The position numbers and the translations under genes were made by a program. DNA of 64,000 nt from an uncultured Chloroflexia bacterium (lineage in GTDB: Bacteria > Chloroflexota > Limnocylindria > Limnocylindrales > CSP1-4), in the NCBI GenBank assembly GCA_963752475.1, contig CAVVYR010000032.1, forward strand, positions 1 to 64,000. Direction: 5' to 3'. Each line of letters begins with the position of its first letter. The first letter of the stretch is position 1. Below, piece after piece: positions 59,566-64,000 of the stretch. Under the pieces are notes generated by a model that was not told the DNA's origin, searched no databases, and saw nothing but the letters and a program-made list of their open reading frames with translations.

Positions 59566-61173
59566 ATGTCCGAAACGGAGGAAGAGGGCGTGAGGACGCC
59601 TGAAGGACTGAGGGACGACGCGGCTGAGGCCAGCCCTGTGTCGGATCCGGCTGCCCTCGCGCCGGTGATCGAGATGCGCGACGTCTCCAAGCGCTACGGC
59701 GAGATCCAGGCCCTCGATGACGTCTCGCTCGAGCTCTACCCCGGCGAGATCCACGCCCTCCTGGGCGAGAACGGCGCGGGCAAGTCCACGCTCATCAAGG
59801 TCATGACCGGCGTGGTCCAGCCGGACATCGGCGACATCCTCATCGATGGTGAGAAGGTCCACATCGGCAGCGCCTTCGACGCGCAGACGTACGCCGTCGC
59901 GGCCATCTACCAGGAGCCCATGATCTTCCCGGACCTGACGGTGGCGGAGAACATCTTCATCGGCCATCGCGATCGCGGCCGTATCGTCAACAAGGGCAAG
60001 ATGCGCGATGAAGCCGCGGCCGTGCTCGCCCGCCTGGACGTCCACCTCGATGTGCAGGCCCCGGCCTCGACGCTGACGCTGGCGCAACAGCAGACGGTGG
60101 AGATCGCCAAGGCGCTCTCGCTCAACACGCGCGTGCTCATCATGGACGAGCCCACCGCCTCGCTCTCGGCGCACGAGGTCGCACAGCTCTTCGTCATCAT
60201 CGGGCGGCTCAAGGCTGAAGGCGTGGCCATCCTCTTCATCTCCCACCGCCTTGAAGAGGTCTTCGAGCAGGCCGACCGCATCACGGTCATGCGTGACGGC
60301 GCCTGGATCTCCACCACGCTGCGCGCGGACATGACCATCGACGAGGCCATCCGCCAGATGGTCGGCCGCGAGGTCGTGGAGTTCTACACACGCACCCAGT
60401 CGAACCCCGGCGAGGTCATCCTGCAGGTCGAGGACCTGGGCGTGGAGGGCGCGTTCGAGGGCGTCAACTTCGAGTTGCGCAAGGGCGAGGTGCTGGGCTT
60501 CGCCGGCCTTGTCGGAGCGCGGCGCACAGACGTCGGCCTGGCGCTCTTCGGCATCCATCCCGCCGATACCGGGCGCATCCTGCTCGACGGCCAGGAAGTG
60601 CACATCAAGAGTTCCAAGGACGCGCTGGACCTGGGTATCGCCTACACCACCGAGGACCGGCGCGGGCACGGGCTCATCTTCAACCAGTCCATCGCGGCCA
60701 ACATCACGCTGCCCTCGCTCGACCGCTATCTCAACAAGCTGCGCCTCATCCGCACACAGCTGGAGCGAGCGACGGCGCTGGACTTCCGCGAGCGCCTGTC
60801 GATCCGTGCCCCCGGCGTGGATACGCCCGCGTCGTCGCTCTCGGGCGGCAACCAGCAGAAGGTCGTGCTCAGCAAGTGGCTCGACACCAAGCCTCGCATC
60901 CTCATCCTCGATGAGCCCACGCGCGGCATCGACGTGGGCGCCAAGGTGGAGGTCCACCATCTCGTCGACGAGCTGGTCAGGGAAGGCATCGCCATCATCC
61001 TCATCAGCTCGGACCTGCCTGAGCTGCTGCCCATGAGCGACCGCATCCTGGTCATGCGTGAAGGCCGCCAGATGGACCTCATCGATGGTGCTGACGCGAC
61101 ATCGGAGCAGGTGCTCACCCTGGCCATGGGCCAGGCCGAGACGGTGCCCGCTGACGAAGGGGCCGGGGCATGA
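59566..61173 (+). CDS. CUT2 sugar ABC ATP-binding protein
   Basis: [29 protein letters not shown]. Confidence 0.94.
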   Translation: MSETEEEGVRTPEGLRDDAAEASPVSDPAALAPVIEMRDVSKRYGEIQALDDVSLELYPGEIHALLGENGAGKSTLIKVMTGVVQPDIGDILIDGEKVHIGSAFDAQTYAVAAIYQEPMIFPDLTVAENIFIGHRDRGRIVNKGKMRDEAAAVLARLDVHLDVQAPASTLTLAQQQTVEIAKALSLNTRVLIMDEPTASLSAHEVAQLFVIIGRLKAEGVAILFISHRLEEVFEQADRITVMRDGAWISTTLRADMTIDEAIRQMVGREVVEFYTRTQSNPGEVILQVEDLGVEGAFEGVNFELRKGEVLGFAGLVGARRTDVGLALFGIHPADTGRILLDGQEVHIKSSKDALDLGIAYTTEDRRGHGLIFNQSIAANITLPSLDRYLNKLRLIRTQLERATALDFRERLSIRAPGVDTPASSLSGGNQQKVVLSKWLDTKPRILILDEPTRGIDVGAKVEVHHLVDELVREGIAIILISSDLPELLPMSDRILVMREGRQMDLIDGADATSEQVLTLAMGQAETVPADEGAGA

Positions 61174-62237
61174 TCGACTCCGTGCTGCGGCGACTGCGCC
61201 CGAGCCAGGTGCGTGAGGTCATCACGCTCCTGATCATCGTCGGCATCGTCATCTTCTTCTCGACCCAGATCGACAACTACCTGACCGGCCGGACGTTCAA
61301 CCGCGTCACCACCGAGTTCCCCATCATCGCGGTCGTGGCCGTGGGCCAGCTGCTGGTGGTGCTGACACGCAACCTCGACCTGTCGGTCGGCTCACAGGTG
61401 GCCCTCGTGGCCTGGTCCACCGGCTTCATCGCCACCGAGTTCAACGGCATCAACCCCGTCGTGCTCGTGGTCCTGGGCATGGGCATGGGCGTGATCATGG
61501 GCGGCATCAACGGCCTCATCGTGGCCTTCGGCCGCGTGCCGGCCATCATCACCACGCTGGCCACTCTGGCCATCTATCGCTCGTTCCTCATCACCATGGC
61601 CAGCGCGCAGACGATCGAGACGCGCGGCCTGCCCGGCTGGATCGTCAGCTTCCCGGGCACCACCCTGTTCGAGTTCGGCAAGGCCGACGTCCGACTCATC
61701 TTCCTTGTCGCGCTCATCGTGGTGGCGGTGGTGCAGCTGATGCTCACATTCCTGCCCTACGGTCGTCGGCTCTACGCCATCGGCTCCAACCCTGGTGCGG
61801 CCAGCATGGTCGGTCTACCCAAGCAGCGCGATGTGTTCCTGGCCTACCTCGGTTGTGGCGCGCTCGCAGGTCTGGGTGGCTTCCTCCAGATGGCCAAGTT
61901 CGGGACCATCACCGTGGACTCCGCACGCGGCCTGGAGATGGCCGTCATCGCAGCGGTCGTCGTGGGCGGAGCGAACATCTTCGGTGGATCAGGTTCTGCC
62001 ATCGGTGTGATGCTGGGCGCGATCCTCATCGCCGTACTCGACCTCTCGCTGGCCCGCTGGATCGGGATCAGCGACTTCACCCGTGACTTCCTGCTGGGCA
62101 TGCTCATCCTGCTGGCAGTCGCCGGCGACGTGGTCATCAACAAGCGCCTGCAGAAGGTCTGGATGCGAGCCCGCCGCCGGGACGAGGCCAGAGCCGGCCC
62201 TTCCGCCGGCGCCCAGGCGGGAGGCCCCGATGGATAG
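61170..62237 (+). CDS. CUT2 sugar ABC permease
   Basis: [24 protein letters not shown]. Confidence 0.93.
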   Translation: MIDSVLRRLRPSQVREVITLLIIVGIVIFFSTQIDNYLTGRTFNRVTTEFPIIAVVAVGQLLVVLTRNLDLSVGSQVALVAWSTGFIATEFNGINPVVLVVLGMGMGVIMGGINGLIVAFGRVPAIITTLATLAIYRSFLITMASAQTIETRGLPGWIVSFPGTTLFEFGKADVRLIFLVALIVVAVVQLMLTFLPYGRRLYAIGSNPGAASMVGLPKQRDVFLAYLGCGALAGLGGFLQMAKFGTITVDSARGLEMAVIAAVVVGGANIFGGSGSAIGVMLGAILIAVLDLSLARWIGISDFTRDFLLGMLILLAVAGDVVINKRLQKVWMRARRRDEARAGPSAGAQAGGPDG

Positions 62238-63330
62238 CGCCCCGACCATGGTCCAGCGGATCACGTCCCGCCTACGCTCATGGGAAGGCCTGTTGCTGGC
62301 CATCCTCATCCTCGTGATCGCACTGAACACGTTCCTGGCACCCAACTACCTCTTCGGCGACCTGGGCAGCCAGAACCAGGTCAACCTGTGGTGGATCAGC
62401 ATCGAGAAAGCCATCGTCGTGCTGGCCATGGCCTTCGTCATCATCAATGGCGAGATCGACCTCTCGGTGGCCTCGGTCATGGGTCTGTCGGCGGTCGTGG
62501 TGGCCGTGCTCTGGGAACAGGGCGTGGGCATCGAGATCGGCATCCTCGTGGCCCTGCTGGTAGGCCTGGCCGTGGGCCTCTTCAATGGCTTCTGGGTGGC
62601 GGTCGTGGGCCTGCCCTCGCTGGTGGTGACGCTGGCCGGCTTGATCGGCATCCGCGGCCTGGCCTTCATGCTCATCGAGGGCCGGTCCATCGGCAACCAG
62701 GAAACGGCCTTCCCCACCTGGTTCGAGGACATGGGCCAGCAGCCGGTGAGCGAGCTCATCGGGGTGCTCGACGCGATCCCGGTCATCGATCGCGTGCCCT
62801 TCGCGATGTTCGCCTACTTCGGCCTGCTCATCCTGGCCGGGATCGTATTGGGCAAGTCCGGGTTCGGCCGGCGCACGTACGTCATCGGCAGCAACAAGGA
62901 CGTGGCTCAGTACTCGGGCGTGAATGTGCGACGACACAAGTTCCTGATCATGATGATCAGCGCGGTGACGGCCGCCCTCGCGGGTGTGCTCCTGGCCTCG
63001 CACCTGGGCGCGGTGCGTGGCAGCACGGCCTTCGGCTGGGAGTTGGACATCATCACCATCGTGCTGCTGGGCGGGGTCAGTATCTTCGGTGGCTCCGGCA
63101 CCATGCTCGGCGTCTTCCTCTCCACCATGCTCGTGCTCAACATCCGCAACGGCCTTGGCCTCAACAACGTGCCCGGCCACACCCAGACCGGCGTCGTGGG
63201 CGCCTTGCTCATCCTCTCGGTGCTGCTACCCAACATGATCGAGTCCTACCAGGGCTGGGCCCGTCGCCGCTCGCTTGCCCGCGCTGCCCGTGCTTCCCGC
63301 GCTTCGCCGGACCGTGGCGAGCAGACATGA
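62230..63330 (+). CDS. CUT2 sugar ABC permease
   Basis: GEIDLSVAS, GWELDIITIVLLGGVSIFGG. Confidence 0.93.
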   Translation: MDSAPTMVQRITSRLRSWEGLLLAILILVIALNTFLAPNYLFGDLGSQNQVNLWWISIEKAIVVLAMAFVIINGEIDLSVASVMGLSAVVVAVLWEQGVGIEIGILVALLVGLAVGLFNGFWVAVVGLPSLVVTLAGLIGIRGLAFMLIEGRSIGNQETAFPTWFEDMGQQPVSELIGVLDAIPVIDRVPFAMFAYFGLLILAGIVLGKSGFGRRTYVIGSNKDVAQYSGVNVRRHKFLIMMISAVTAALAGVLLASHLGAVRGSTAFGWELDIITIVLLGGVSIFGGSGTMLGVFLSTMLVLNIRNGLGLNNVPGHTQTGVVGALLILSVLLPNMIESYQGWARRRSLARAARASRASPDRGEQT

Positions 63331-63437
63331 TGTAGCCGATCGGACAGCGGACTGGCGCTGGCCTACCCAGCGCCGTAGGATGGCCCTAGAAGTCGGGCAC
63401 TAGCCCGAGGGGAAACCAACTTCAGGAGGAGGACTTC

Positions 63438-64000
63438 ATGCGCAGAACCATTGCTGTCGCGGCCGCAGCCGCCCTGACCGTCTCGGCGTTCGCCGCTCCG
63501 GTCACCGCGCAGGATGCGGTCATGGCAGAACCTGGCGAAGACGTCAACATGCTCTTGCTGCCCAAGTTCCTGGGCATCATCGTGTTCGACCAGGCCAACG
63601 AGGGTGCACAGGAAGCCGCCACCGAGCTGGGCATTCCGACCGCTCCCACCTTCACCGGCCCAACGGCCGAGAACAGCGTCGCGGGCCAGATCGAGCAGGT
63701 CACCAACGCCCCCACCCAGGGCTTCGACGTGGTCATGCTCTCGAACAACGCTGGCGACCAGATCGCTCCGGTGGCTGCCGCGGCCCAGGAAGCCGGCACC
63801 AAGATCGTGACCTGGGACTCGCCCATCCCGTCCGCCGAGGGCGAGGACGTCTTCGTCGCCCAGGTCGACTTCAACGACATGGGCAAGACCATGGCCGACA
63901 TGTCCCTCTCGCTGGTGGGCGAGGACGGCGGCCAGGTCGGTATCCTCTCGGCATCGCCTGACGCGGCCAACCAGAACGCCTGGATCGCGGCCTACGAGGA
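63438..64000 (+). CDS. RhaS-like sugar-binding protein (partial, runs off window)
   Basis: SD AGGAGG; [25 protein letters not shown]...LLPKFLG...[12 protein letters not shown]. Confidence 0.88.
   Translation, partial: MRRTIAVAAAAALTVSAFAAPVTAQDAVMAEPGEDVNMLLLPKFLGIIVFDQANEGAQEAATELGIPTAPTFTGPTAENSVAGQIEQVTNAPTQGFDVVMLSNNAGDQIAPVAAAAQEAGTKIVTWDSPIPSAEGEDVFVAQVDFNDMGKTMADMSLSLVGEDGGQVGILSASPDAANQNAWIAAYE

Overview
High-GC bacterial DNA; the gene style tentatively suggests Chloroflexota, but there is no marker gene here. Several single-base frameshifts suggest long-read assembly error. Four blocks. (1) 1-10 kb: a MalT-like LuxR regulator flanked by membrane proteins and alpha/beta-hydrolases, with two copies of a palindromic operator. 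(2) About 10.1-16.4 kb: a decayed siphovirus tail-gene remnant ending at tRNA-Pro(CGG). It has an internal inversion, a predicted -1 frameshifting tail chaperone, and a tape-measure gene broken onto the 3' end of a serine recombinase. The main finding lies inside it: a tandem array of four antisense cassettes, each a c-di-GMP-II-like riboswitch (GAG variant), a small secreted protein paralog and a conserved 3' flank. (3) 16.7-35.8 kb: an amino-sugar-type catabolic locus (two aminotransferases, ROK kinase, GH4, G1PDH-like enzyme, ABC transporter, FGGY kinase), then housekeeping genes including ppc. (4) 36-64 kb: a large rare-sugar catabolic region with a PHP protein, an aldolase-SDR fusion, a Zn-dehydrogenase, a RhaB-like kinase, a ketose 3-epimerase, a split transketolase, a ferredoxin/reductase/P450 cassette and two RhaS/LsrB-type ABC transporters.
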